DNA from: an uncultured Kofleriaceae bacterium
Lineage (GTDB): Bacteria; Myxococcota_A; Polyangia; GCA-2747355; CAZCFB01
Direction of reading: 5' to 3'
DNA: 64,000 nt
Assembly: GCA_964497805.1 (NCBI GenBank)
Contig: CAZCFB010000012.1
Span: 3,301-67,300 of the forward strand
The notes under the pieces were generated by a model, which did no database searches, was not told where the DNA came from, and worked only from the letters and a program-made list of their open reading frames with translations. Below are positions 40,748 to 48,992 of this stretch, in pieces. The position numbers were made by a program, and so were the translations under genes. How positions within the stretch are numbered: the stretch's first letter is position 1; the number at the start of each line of letters is the position of its first letter.

Positions 40748-43700
40748 ATGAGGGTTCGCCTGCCTCGGAAAATCTTCTCTCTTTTCACGATGTTGAGCCT
40801 TGTTTTACCCTCTGTGGCCAATGGCGAGGGGACTCAACAGCTCGGATTGAACCAGGACATCGACGTCAAGACTGAGTTCAAGGTGGATATCCTCAAGGTG
40901 GGCGAGGTGATCAATATCGCCGTGGGGACCAACGTGGGCGACGGGTCGGGCACCATCACGGTGACGGTGAAGGACGCGGCGGGCAAGGCGGTGACCGGCT
41001 CGCCTTTTTCCATCACCAAGAACCAGCCGGGATACTTGCCAAAGCCGGGGGTGCTGCCGCCCTCGACCATCATCAATCCCCTGCAGATCGTCACCAAGTC
41101 CACTGGCACCTACTCGATAAAATTCACGAATTCAAAGTCCCTGTACCTGGATCCCCTGGACATCACCGTGACCGGCAGCAAGGGCGCAACGGTGAGTCCA
41201 TCCTCGCCCCCAGGGGGCCTCGGGCGGCTCCATGCCAAGAGCTGGTCCATCCTGGGCGACAGCTACACCCTGGGCACGAGCCCCGAGTTTTATGTGCTGG
41301 TGCCGGTGGGCAAGACCAAGGACGTCACCTGGCTGATGGAGTTCAACGGCCTGGCCGGCTTCGAGTACACGGTCATGGGCAACGCCTCGGGATTGCCCTC
41401 GGCCTACTCCAGCCCCAGCGCGCAGAAGATTTCTGGCGCGACCCCGGCGGCCGAGTTCGAGGTTTACCTCCATGTGCCGGCCGTGGCCAAGGGGGGCGTC
41501 ACCTCGCCCAAGCTGGGACACTTTGCCATGAAGGGCGCGTCTTCCTGCAAGGCGGCCATGCTCGGCATGAGCAACAACTTCTCCTTCAACGTGAACATGG
41601 ACACCGGCTACACCATCACCATCGACACCGACAGCAGCGGCACCTTCGATCCGAGCAAGGACCTGGTGCTCTCCGGCAAGGCCACTGCGGGCACCACCAA
41701 GGTGACCTGGGACGGCAAGGATGGCGCGGGCAAGCTGCTCAAGCCGGGCAGCTACAAGGCGCGCCTGGAAGCCAAGGTCGGGGAGTTCCACTTCGTCGCT
41801 GATGACGTGGAGACCGTGAACCCGGGCTTGCGCATCTTCAAGGTGGATCCGCCCAAGGTCTCAACGGTGCCAGCGGCCGCGCTCATGTACTGGGACGACA
41901 CCGTGATCAATAACAAGACCTACAAGATCGTACCTGTCACGACCCTGCCCAAGGGCCTCTCCAGCGGAAAGTACTCTGCCACGCCGGTGTGCAGCACCAC
42001 GGGCAAGACCGGCGTCAACGCCCACTGCTGGGGCAACTTCACCACCGACACCTCCAAGAGCCCTGGCGATGAGCGGTACATAGACACCTGGGTCAACGCC
42101 CACCTGCTGAGCAACACCATCACCATGTTGGTGCTGGACCCCAAGGCGGATGACGACAACGACGGCCTGACCAACCTGGAGGAGTGCCCGCTCAAGACCG
42201 ACCCGAAGAAGGCGGACACCGACGGCGACGGCATCAAGGACGGCGACGAGGTGGGCGGCAACATCAAGACCAACCCGCTGGTCAAGGACACTGACGGTGA
42301 CGGCCTGGACGACGGCGTCGAGGACCGGAACAAGGACGGCAACCTGGACAGCGGCGAGCTGAACCCGACGCTCAAGGACACGGACAGCGACGGCCTGGAG
42401 GACGGCCACGAGGACCGGGACAAGGACGGCCTCAAGGGCAGCAAGGAGACCGACGGCCTCAAGGCGGACACCGACGGTGACGGCCTCAAGGATGGGCTGG
42501 AGGACAAGGACAAGGACGGCAAGGTGGGCGCCACGGAGACGGATCCCCTGAACCCGGACACCGACGGCGACACCCTCACCGACGGCTGGGTGGACAAGGA
42601 CGGCGACAAGATCTGGGACGTGCTGGAGGGTGAGGACCGCGACAACAGCGGGACCACTGAAACCACCGAGACGGACCCGCTGAAGAAGGACACCGACGGC
42701 GGCTGTGAGGACGACGGCTCCGAGGAGAGGAACAGCCGAGACCCGCTCAAGCCCTCAGACGATGTCTGCCCCAAGGATGGCGGGGTGGACGCAATGGACG
42801 GCGGCGTCGACGCCACGGACATGGGCGGCGCCAGCGACGGCGGCGTGGACGCCACGGACAGCGGCGGCGCCAGCGCGGACGTGGGCCGGCGGGGCTACCT
42901 GTACGGCACCGGCGGGTGCTCAGTGGGCTCCGGCCCGAGCAAGCAGGACCTGGGGATCTTCGCCGTGGGCCTGCTGCTCATGGCCCTGGTGCGCCGCCGC
43001 CGCCGCGGCCTGATCGCTGGCCTGCTGCTGCTGCTCTTGCTGCTGGCCCGGCCCGCCAACGCCCAGAACGATGCACTCATCTTCCCTGTGAACAACTTCA
43101 AGCCGGTGACCACCATGCCGGGCAACTTCATCGTCACCGAGGCCGCCGCCGTGCTGCCCCACCTGAGCCCGTCGGCCAACTTCCTGATCCACTACACCCA
43201 CCGGCCGCTGGCAGTGTACACACCAGGCGGCGAGCTGGAGACCGAGGTTATCCGCTACCGGCTGGGCATGGACATGAGCATGTCCATTGGCTTCCTGGAC
43301 CGTGTGGAGATCGGGCTCACCGTCCCGGTGCTGATGGCCCAGGACTCGGAGGACCTCACCGCCATCTCGCGCTCGTCCGACGCCAGCCTGAGCGCGGCCC
43401 GTGGGGACCTGCGGTTGACGCCCAAGGTGTACATAGCCACGGTGGGGCCGGTCTCCTTCGGCGCCGCGGTGCCGGTGACCATCCCAACCGGCGACGAGGA
43501 GAACCTGTACGGCGAGGCCGGCGGGACCATCACGCCCAAGGCCATCGTGAGCCTGGCCGTTGGGAAGTTCGCCGCGGGCCTCAACGCGGGCGTGATGGTG
43601 CGTAACGATCAGAGCATCTCCTACAGCGCCAACCAGGACCAGGTCACCATCAGCCACCAGTTCCAGCTCTCCGCCGGGCTGCGCTACCGGGCCTGGCGCG

Positions 43701-44521
43701 AGGTGATCGACCTGTTGGCCGACATCTACATGGGCCTCGCCCTGGAGGAGCAGGACACAGAGGAGATCCCGGCAGAGCTCCTCGTCGCCGCCCGCTTTCA
43801 CCTGCCCAAGGGCTTCCTGGCCACGGTGGGCGCGGGGCCTGGCCTCACCCACGGCCTGGGCACGCCCACCTTCCGCTTCTTCGCCGGGGTCGGCTACCAG
43901 TACCTGCCGCCCAAGGAAGAGAAGGCGGAGGGGCCCGCCGATCGTGACGGGGACGGCATCGCCGACGCGGCTGACCGCTGCCCGGACCAACCCGAGGATA
44001 TGGACGGGTTCGAGGACGACGACGGCTGCCCCGACCTGGACAATGACGGGGACGGAATCCCCGACGCCGCTGACAAGTGCCCGCTCAAGCCGGAGGCGTT
44101 CAACGGCGTCGACGACGAGGACGGCTGCCCGGACAAGGGCACGGGCAAGGTGCAGCTCGACGTGGAGCGCCGGCGCATCACAGTGCCGCCGGTGTACTTC
44201 GCCACGGACAAGGATGTGATCCTCAAGCGCAGCTTCCCCACCTTGCTGCTTGTGGCGGATGTGTTGTCCAAGAACACCTGGGTGAAGCTGGTGAGCATCG
44301 AGGGCCACACCGACGACCGCGGCTCGGACGACTACAACCAGAAGCTCTCAGCCCGCCGGGCCGCCAGCGTGGTGACCTTCCTCATCGAGAACGGCGTCTC
44401 CAGGGAGCGCCTGGCCTCTCAGGGCCACGGTGAGGCCAAGCCGGTGGACTCCAACAACACCTCGCAGGGCAGGGCCAAAAACCGCCGGGTCGAGTTCCTG
44501 ATCATCAAGCCGAAGCCGTAG
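40748..44521 (+). CDS. 1257-aa surface/OmpA-family ORF: signal peptide, Ig-like region, thrombospondin type-3 repeats, internal MYXO-CTERM-like segment, second signal-peptide-like segment, TSP3 repeats, OmpA_C domain
   Basis: N-terminal signal LSLVLPSVANG. DTDGDGxxDG repeats. GGCSVGSGPSKQDLGIFAVGLLLMALVRRRRRG at 42911-43009. C-terminal OmpA_C (IEGHTDDRGSDDYNQKLSARRA...RAKNRRVEFLI). There is no in-frame stop between the two halves. Confidence 0.7.
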   Translation: MRVRLPRKIFSLFTMLSLVLPSVANGEGTQQLGLNQDIDVKTEFKVDILKVGEVINIAVGTNVGDGSGTITVTVKDAAGKAVTGSPFSITKNQPGYLPKPGVLPPSTIINPLQIVTKSTGTYSIKFTNSKSLYLDPLDITVTGSKGATVSPSSPPGGLGRLHAKSWSILGDSYTLGTSPEFYVLVPVGKTKDVTWLMEFNGLAGFEYTVMGNASGLPSAYSSPSAQKISGATPAAEFEVYLHVPAVAKGGVTSPKLGHFAMKGASSCKAAMLGMSNNFSFNVNMDTGYTITIDTDSSGTFDPSKDLVLSGKATAGTTKVTWDGKDGAGKLLKPGSYKARLEAKVGEFHFVADDVETVNPGLRIFKVDPPKVSTVPAAALMYWDDTVINNKTYKIVPVTTLPKGLSSGKYSATPVCSTTGKTGVNAHCWGNFTTDTSKSPGDERYIDTWVNAHLLSNTITMLVLDPKADDDNDGLTNLEECPLKTDPKKADTDGDGIKDGDEVGGNIKTNPLVKDTDGDGLDDGVEDRNKDGNLDSGELNPTLKDTDSDGLEDGHEDRDKDGLKGSKETDGLKADTDGDGLKDGLEDKDKDGKVGATETDPLNPDTDGDTLTDGWVDKDGDKIWDVLEGEDRDNSGTTETTETDPLKKDTDGGCEDDGSEERNSRDPLKPSDDVCPKDGGVDAMDGGVDATDMGGASDGGVDATDSGGASADVGRRGYLYGTGGCSVGSGPSKQDLGIFAVGLLLMALVRRRRRGLIAGLLLLLLLLARPANAQNDALIFPVNNFKPVTTMPGNFIVTEAAAVLPHLSPSANFLIHYTHRPLAVYTPGGELETEVIRYRLGMDMSMSIGFLDRVEIGLTVPVLMAQDSEDLTAISRSSDASLSAARGDLRLTPKVYIATVGPVSFGAAVPVTIPTGDEENLYGEAGGTITPKAIVSLAVGKFAAGLNAGVMVRNDQSISYSANQDQVTISHQFQLSAGLRYRAWREVIDLLADIYMGLALEEQDTEEIPAELLVAARFHLPKGFLATVGAGPGLTHGLGTPTFRFFAGVGYQYLPPKEEKAEGPADRDGDGIADAADRCPDQPEDMDGFEDDDGCPDLDNDGDGIPDAADKCPLKPEAFNGVDDEDGCPDKGTGKVQLDVERRRITVPPVYFATDKDVILKRSFPTLLLVADVLSKNTWVKLVSIEGHTDDRGSDDYNQKLSARRAASVVTFLIENGVSRERLASQGHGEAKPVDSNNTSQGRAKNRRVEFLIIKPKP
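42149..42720 (+). repeat. array of thrombospondin type-3 (calcium-binding) repeats
   Basis: Recurrent D-x-D-x-D-G-x-x-D units (DDDNDGLTN, DTDGDGIKD, DTDGDGLDD, DTDSDGLED, DTDGDGLKD, DTDGDTLTD). The DNA motif GACACCGACGGCGACGGC recurs. Confidence 0.75.
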
Positions 44522-44639
44522 CGCCTCAGAAAAAAGTCCGAAGGATCAAGGAACCGCCAAGGATTTGAGCTGTCCAAGGCTCTAATTGGGACAGGTACGC
44601 TTAAGACTAAAAGACCCCTTGCTGTGGAGGAAGCTGCTG

Positions 44640-45473
44640 ATGATACCGGCTGAGCGTGGCACGTCTCCCCCCGCTGCCGCCCTCGCCAGCGACCTCTCCC
44701 TCCCCGGCGCGGTCCTGCGCAACGACCCGCTGGACCGGCGAGGCCTGGTCATGGGCGCCGCGGCCCTGGCTCCCCTTGTGAGCCACCGCGTGCTGGAGGC
44801 CCTCTCCATGGCGTGGCCCATGCCGCCCTGGAACCAGGTGGCCCTGCACCTGCTCCCGCCCATGAGCATGCTCGCCCTGGGGTTGTTGCTCTGGCGCGTT
44901 GTGCCGCCCTTGAACGCGGATCACTACCCCAAGAAGGCACGGCCCGGGCACCGGGGGCTGTGCATCGCCGCGGGCCTGCTGCTGGGGGCCATGGCCGCGG
45001 TGGCCAACCTGCTCTCCATGCTCGCGTCGGCCGGGGACCAGCCCGCCACGGCAGCTGTGGCCATCAGCCCGGTCTCTGCCGCGTTGGTTGTCCATGTGAT
45101 GATCCTGGCCCCGTTGGCAGAGGAGGTGGCCTTCAGGGGCCTGCTCTACCGCTACCTCCGCTTCATGGCCGCGCCCCTCATCGCGACCCTCGGCTCTGCC
45201 CTTATCTTTGCGCTGATGCACGCCAACCTGGGCCAGGGGATTTGGGCCCTGGTGCTCGGCCTCGTGGCGGCAGTGGCCTACGAACAGACCGGCTCCCTGC
45301 TCACCCCGATCTTGATCCACGGCCTGTTCAACTCGGTGCCCATCGGGGTGGCGGTGGTTCGCTCCAATCCAACGGATACGGGCCCGATCTGGCTGCTCAT
45401 CTGCGTGGTGGCGGGCATCTTCACTCTCGCCGCGCGAGCTGCGGGCCAGGGCGACCCCCGAACCTGGGAATAG
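44640..45473 (+). CDS. CPBP-family (CAAX/Abi) intramembrane glutamic protease
   Basis: Motifs APLAEEVAFRGLLY (EExxxR), FALMH and IHGLFN. Start set at ATG 44640 (GGAGG at 44626-44630). The track ORF begins at a TTG at 44586. Confidence 0.75.
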   Translation: MIPAERGTSPPAAALASDLSLPGAVLRNDPLDRRGLVMGAAALAPLVSHRVLEALSMAWPMPPWNQVALHLLPPMSMLALGLLLWRVVPPLNADHYPKKARPGHRGLCIAAGLLLGAMAAVANLLSMLASAGDQPATAAVAISPVSAALVVHVMILAPLAEEVAFRGLLYRYLRFMAAPLIATLGSALIFALMHANLGQGIWALVLGLVAAVAYEQTGSLLTPILIHGLFNSVPIGVAVVRSNPTDTGPIWLLICVVAGIFTLAARAAGQGDPRTWE

Positions 45474-45542
45474 CCCAGGGAAACGTGGACCGGGACCACC
45501 AGAGAAGATAAAATCCAAGCCGTTAAGAGGGATTAAACGAGC

Positions 45543-47477
45543 GTGGTCTGCCCCAAATGCAAGCGGGCCTACCCGGCCCACCGGCGAGTCTGCCCAGAGG
45601 ATGGCACCCCCCTGGTGCAGGACAGGAACGAGACTGCCTCCTGGGGGGCGGACCAGGTCCCTGCCAACCCGGGGCCGACGCCCGGCTCCATTGAAGATCC
45701 TCTGGCCACCTCGGCCACCGAAGAGACGGCCATGGAGACCCTGCTTTCGGAGTCGGACGAGGCCGCCGGGTCGGGGCCCGCCATGGACCCCACCCCCCCC
45801 GCCGAGGGGGAGCAGGTTTCGGTGGCCCCCGAGGCGGTGAGCTTTGATACCCCGCCCGGCGACACCAGCCTCTCCGAGGGGCAGATGGTGGACGAGTACA
45901 AGGTGACGGGCGTGCTGGGGGAGGGGGGCATGGGCGTGGTGTACGCCGGGGTCCAGCCGGTCATCGGCAAGCGGGTTGCCATCAAGGTGCTGCTGCACGA
46001 GTTCGCCTCCAACGCCAAGGTGGTGAGCCGCTTCGTGCAGGAGGCCCGGGCGGTCAACCAGATCCACAGCCGCTACATCGTCGACATCTTCTCCTTCGGC
46101 AAGCTCAAGGACGGCCGGCCATACTTCGTCATGGAGTACCTGGACGGCACGCCCCTGCGGCAGTTCATTCGGGAGCGTGGGGTGCTCTCCTTCGACGACG
46201 CCCACGCCATCCTCAAGTGCGTCGGCCGCGGGCTGGCCGCTGCCCACGGCGGCGAGATCGTCCACCGGGACCTGAAGCCGGAGAACATCATCGTGATCCG
46301 GGAGGAGGACGGCGACCTGAGCGCCAAGATTCTCGACTTCGGCATCGCCAAGCTGCTTGGCGAGGGGGCCATGACCGGGCCGGCCACCCAGACCGGCATC
46401 GCCATGGGCACGCCGTACTACATGTCCCCGGAGCAGGTGCGTGGATCCGGGGTGGATCACCGCAGCGACATCTACGCCCTGGGCATCATCATGTTCGAGA
46501 TGTTCACCGGCTCGCTCCCCTTTGTGGCCAACTCCTACATCGAGCTGGTGACCCAGCACCTCACGGCCACGCCGCCCAACCCGTCGGACCTGAGCAAGGA
46601 CATGCCCAGGGCCCTGGAGCAGCTGATCCTGAGCTGCATCCAGAAGGATCCGATCCAGCGCCCCCAGCAGATGAGCGACTACCTTGACGCGCTCAAGAAG
46701 GCGGCGCCCGAGGCAGCGGGGGCCACCTTCACGCCAGCTACACCCCCGGCCGAGCCGGCGCCCGACCCGGACGCGGCGCCCGTGCCCAGCGAGCCCAACT
46801 TCATCGAAGGGGAACCGCTGGAGATACCGGAGCAGCCGTCCGGTGGATCAAAGGCGTGGATCATCATCCTGTTCGTCATCGTGCTGCTTGTGGCTGGTGG
46901 AGGCGGCGCGGCCTACTACTTCTTCTCGGGAGCTGGCGGCGATGTGAAACCCATCGCAGGAAAGGACCCGGCCACAAAGAAGGCGCCGGCCAAGGCGGCG
47001 GCCACAAAGAAGTCCCCGGCCGAGGACCCGGCCCCGCAAGCCAAGCCTGACGCTGCCCCGCCCGCAGCCGCCCGCCTCACCGCCCGCACCGGCCTCGATA
47101 TGGCCGTCTATCTCCTGGACGGGGATGAGGTGGGCAAGGGCCCGGAGTTATCCCTGGAGGAGGTCACGCCAGGCAAGCACACCCTGAAGATCCAGGCCGA
47201 GGGCCACCAGGAGTTGACACGCGAGCTGGACGTCCAGCCAGGCGCGATCCTCTCCCTGGATCTGATGCTGACGCGCGAGGCAGACGCGCCATCCACCAAC
47301 GATAAGCCCGCCGCTGGCAAGAAGCCTGCGGGGGGGAAGAAGCCGGCAGGCGGCAAGCGGCCGGCGGGGGGCAAGAAGCCGTCCGGCGGCAAGAAGCCGT
47401 CCGGCGGCAAGAAGCCCGGAGGGAACAAGAAATATGATCCCGATGAGACCATCGATCCTTTCTCCAAGGGCCGCTAG
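45543..47477 (+). CDS. Ser/Thr protein kinase: Zn-ribbon, kinase domain, TM, PEGA-like domain, Lys/Gly-rich tail
   Basis: CPKC...CPEDG. Kinase motifs GEGGMGVVY, VAIK, HRDLKPENI, DFGIAK and GTPYYMSPEQ. Transmembrane segment WIIILFVIVLLVAGGGGAAYYFF. Confidence 0.85.
   Translation: MVCPKCKRAYPAHRRVCPEDGTPLVQDRNETASWGADQVPANPGPTPGSIEDPLATSATEETAMETLLSESDEAAGSGPAMDPTPPAEGEQVSVAPEAVSFDTPPGDTSLSEGQMVDEYKVTGVLGEGGMGVVYAGVQPVIGKRVAIKVLLHEFASNAKVVSRFVQEARAVNQIHSRYIVDIFSFGKLKDGRPYFVMEYLDGTPLRQFIRERGVLSFDDAHAILKCVGRGLAAAHGGEIVHRDLKPENIIVIREEDGDLSAKILDFGIAKLLGEGAMTGPATQTGIAMGTPYYMSPEQVRGSGVDHRSDIYALGIIMFEMFTGSLPFVANSYIELVTQHLTATPPNPSDLSKDMPRALEQLILSCIQKDPIQRPQQMSDYLDALKKAAPEAAGATFTPATPPAEPAPDPDAAPVPSEPNFIEGEPLEIPEQPSGGSKAWIIILFVIVLLVAGGGGAAYYFFSGAGGDVKPIAGKDPATKKAPAKAAATKKSPAEDPAPQAKPDAAPPAAARLTARTGLDMAVYLLDGDEVGKGPELSLEEVTPGKHTLKIQAEGHQELTRELDVQPGAILSLDLMLTREADAPSTNDKPAAGKKPAGGKKPAGGKRPAGGKKPSGGKKPSGGKKPGGNKKYDPDETIDPFSKGR
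47316..47423 (+). repeat. six tandem 18-bp units encoding GKKP(A/S)G
   Basis: GKKPAG GKKPAG GKRPAG GKKPSG GKKPSG GKKPGG at the kinase C-terminus. Confidence 0.85.
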
Positions 47478-48246
47478 CGCAGTCCTTGTCTGCGCGCTGC
47501 TCTGCTGGGCCGCGCCGGCGCTGGGCGACAATGTTGAGGAAGCCAAGCGCGCCTTTGACGCGGCTGAGACCGCCTACAAGCTGGGCAAGTACAAGGAGGC
47601 CATCAAGGAGTACGAGGCCGCCTTCCGGGCCATGGCCGAGCCGGCGTTCCTGTACAACATGGCCCAGGCTCACCGCCAGCAGTACAACCTGGACAAGAAG
47701 TCATTCCACCTGCACAAGGCGCTGAACCTGTACAAGACCTACCTGCGCGAGAGCAAGGAGACCCAGCGCAAGCAGGTGGTCAAGAACCTCATCGACGAGC
47801 TGAAGCAGATAATCTCCGCGCTGGAGGCCAACGCGCCCGCGGATAACACGAAGAAGCCCGGGCGCCTGATCCTGCGCGGCGAGCTTGCCAAGGGCGGCGT
47901 CATCACCCTGGACGGCAAGCGCTGGGGCACCGTGCCCTGGAGCGGCGAGGTGAAGCCCGGCACCCACGTGGTGAAGGTAACCAAGGACGGCTTCAACCCC
48001 TGGTCGACCACGGTGAAGGTGAGCGGAGGCGGCGAGGTGGAGGTGGCTGTGATGCTCACTGGCGGCGGCGCGGCGGGGCGGGGCGGCGAGGTTGGCGAGA
48101 CGCCGATCTACAAGAAGTGGTGGCTCTGGACCATCGTGGGGGTGGCGGTGGTGGGCGCCGGCGTGGGCGTGGGCCTGGGCCTGCACTTTAGCAACAGCGG
48201 CGGCGAAAACAATGTGTCCAGCCTGCCCACCATCGACCTGAGGTGA
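47434..48246 (+). CDS. secreted TPR-like plus PEGA-domain protein with C-terminal TM
   Basis: Signal peptide AVLVCALLCWAAPALG. PEGA-like VITLDGKRWGTVPWSGEVKPGTHVVKVTKDGFNPWSTTVKV. Overlaps the kinase 3' end by 44 nt. Confidence 0.6.
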   Translation: MIPMRPSILSPRAASAVLVCALLCWAAPALGDNVEEAKRAFDAAETAYKLGKYKEAIKEYEAAFRAMAEPAFLYNMAQAHRQQYNLDKKSFHLHKALNLYKTYLRESKETQRKQVVKNLIDELKQIISALEANAPADNTKKPGRLILRGELAKGGVITLDGKRWGTVPWSGEVKPGTHVVKVTKDGFNPWSTTVKVSGGGEVEVAVMLTGGGAAGRGGEVGETPIYKKWWLWTIVGVAVVGAGVGVGLGLHFSNSGGENNVSSLPTIDLR

Positions 48247-48250
48247 GGGG

Positions 48251-48970
48251 ATGAAGACCATGAGAAAGCTCGGAATCACCCTGCTGCTCCTGGCCTCGGG
48301 TATCTCTGCCGCGGCTTGCGGCGACGAGGACGGCGTGGAGAAGACATGGGAGGAGGAGATCATCCTCCAGCTGTTCAGGCCGGCCTCCCTGAGCCCCGGC
48401 ACCCTCACGGTGTCCGCGGCCTCAGGAACGGGCCAGCCCGTGAGCCTGCTGGTCAACGCCGACGGTAAGTTCTTCAGCGACTGCGAAAGCAACAAGATCC
48501 GGATTCTGCCCCGCAAGACGTCTGGCGCCTACCAGCAGGTGACCGTCACCGTGCACTCCTCGGTCCTCCAGAAAGTGACCAAGAGCGTCCCGGTGCCCGT
48601 GCCCGCCGCGGACAACGTGGTCCAGATGGTGCTCAAGAACGACAAGCAGCTTGTCCCGGCGGCGTGCGCGCCCAAGGTCCAGCTAAGGAAGGTCGGCGAC
48701 TCCTGCGCCCAGGACACTGACTGCGAGCACAACAAGTGCCTCAAGTCCGTGGTCGACTCCAGCGGCACCATCACCTTCCACGACGGCTACTGCTCCGAGG
48801 TCTGCACCAAGACCAAGACCTGCACCAACACCAAGCACATCTGCAAGGACTTCGGCGGCATCTCCCAGCCGAACAAGCCGTACTACTGCCTCAAGAACTG
48901 CACCGGGAACATAGACTGCCGCGCCGGGGACGGGTACTCCTGCACCGCCGGCGGCGCCTGCATGCCGTAG
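48251..48970 (+). CDS. lipoprotein with Cys-rich C-terminal domain
   Basis: Lipobox LLASGISAAAC. C-terminal 100 aa contain 14 Cys (CAQDTDCEHNKC...CTGNIDCRAGDGYSCTAGGAC). Confidence 0.55.
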   Translation: MKTMRKLGITLLLLASGISAAACGDEDGVEKTWEEEIILQLFRPASLSPGTLTVSAASGTGQPVSLLVNADGKFFSDCESNKIRILPRKTSGAYQQVTVTVHSSVLQKVTKSVPVPVPAADNVVQMVLKNDKQLVPAACAPKVQLRKVGDSCAQDTDCEHNKCLKSVVDSSGTITFHDGYCSEVCTKTKTCTNTKHICKDFGGISQPNKPYYCLKNCTGNIDCRAGDGYSCTAGGACMP

Positions 48971-48992
48971 GGAACGCGGCGGCGGCGGCCCG

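Noticed and set aside
42920-46559. Minus-strand ORFs of 462 and 650 aa opposite the OmpA-family, CPBP and kinase genes
   Set aside because: They are antisense to genes with clear OmpA_C, CPBP and Hanks-kinase motifs, and their translations are low complexity.
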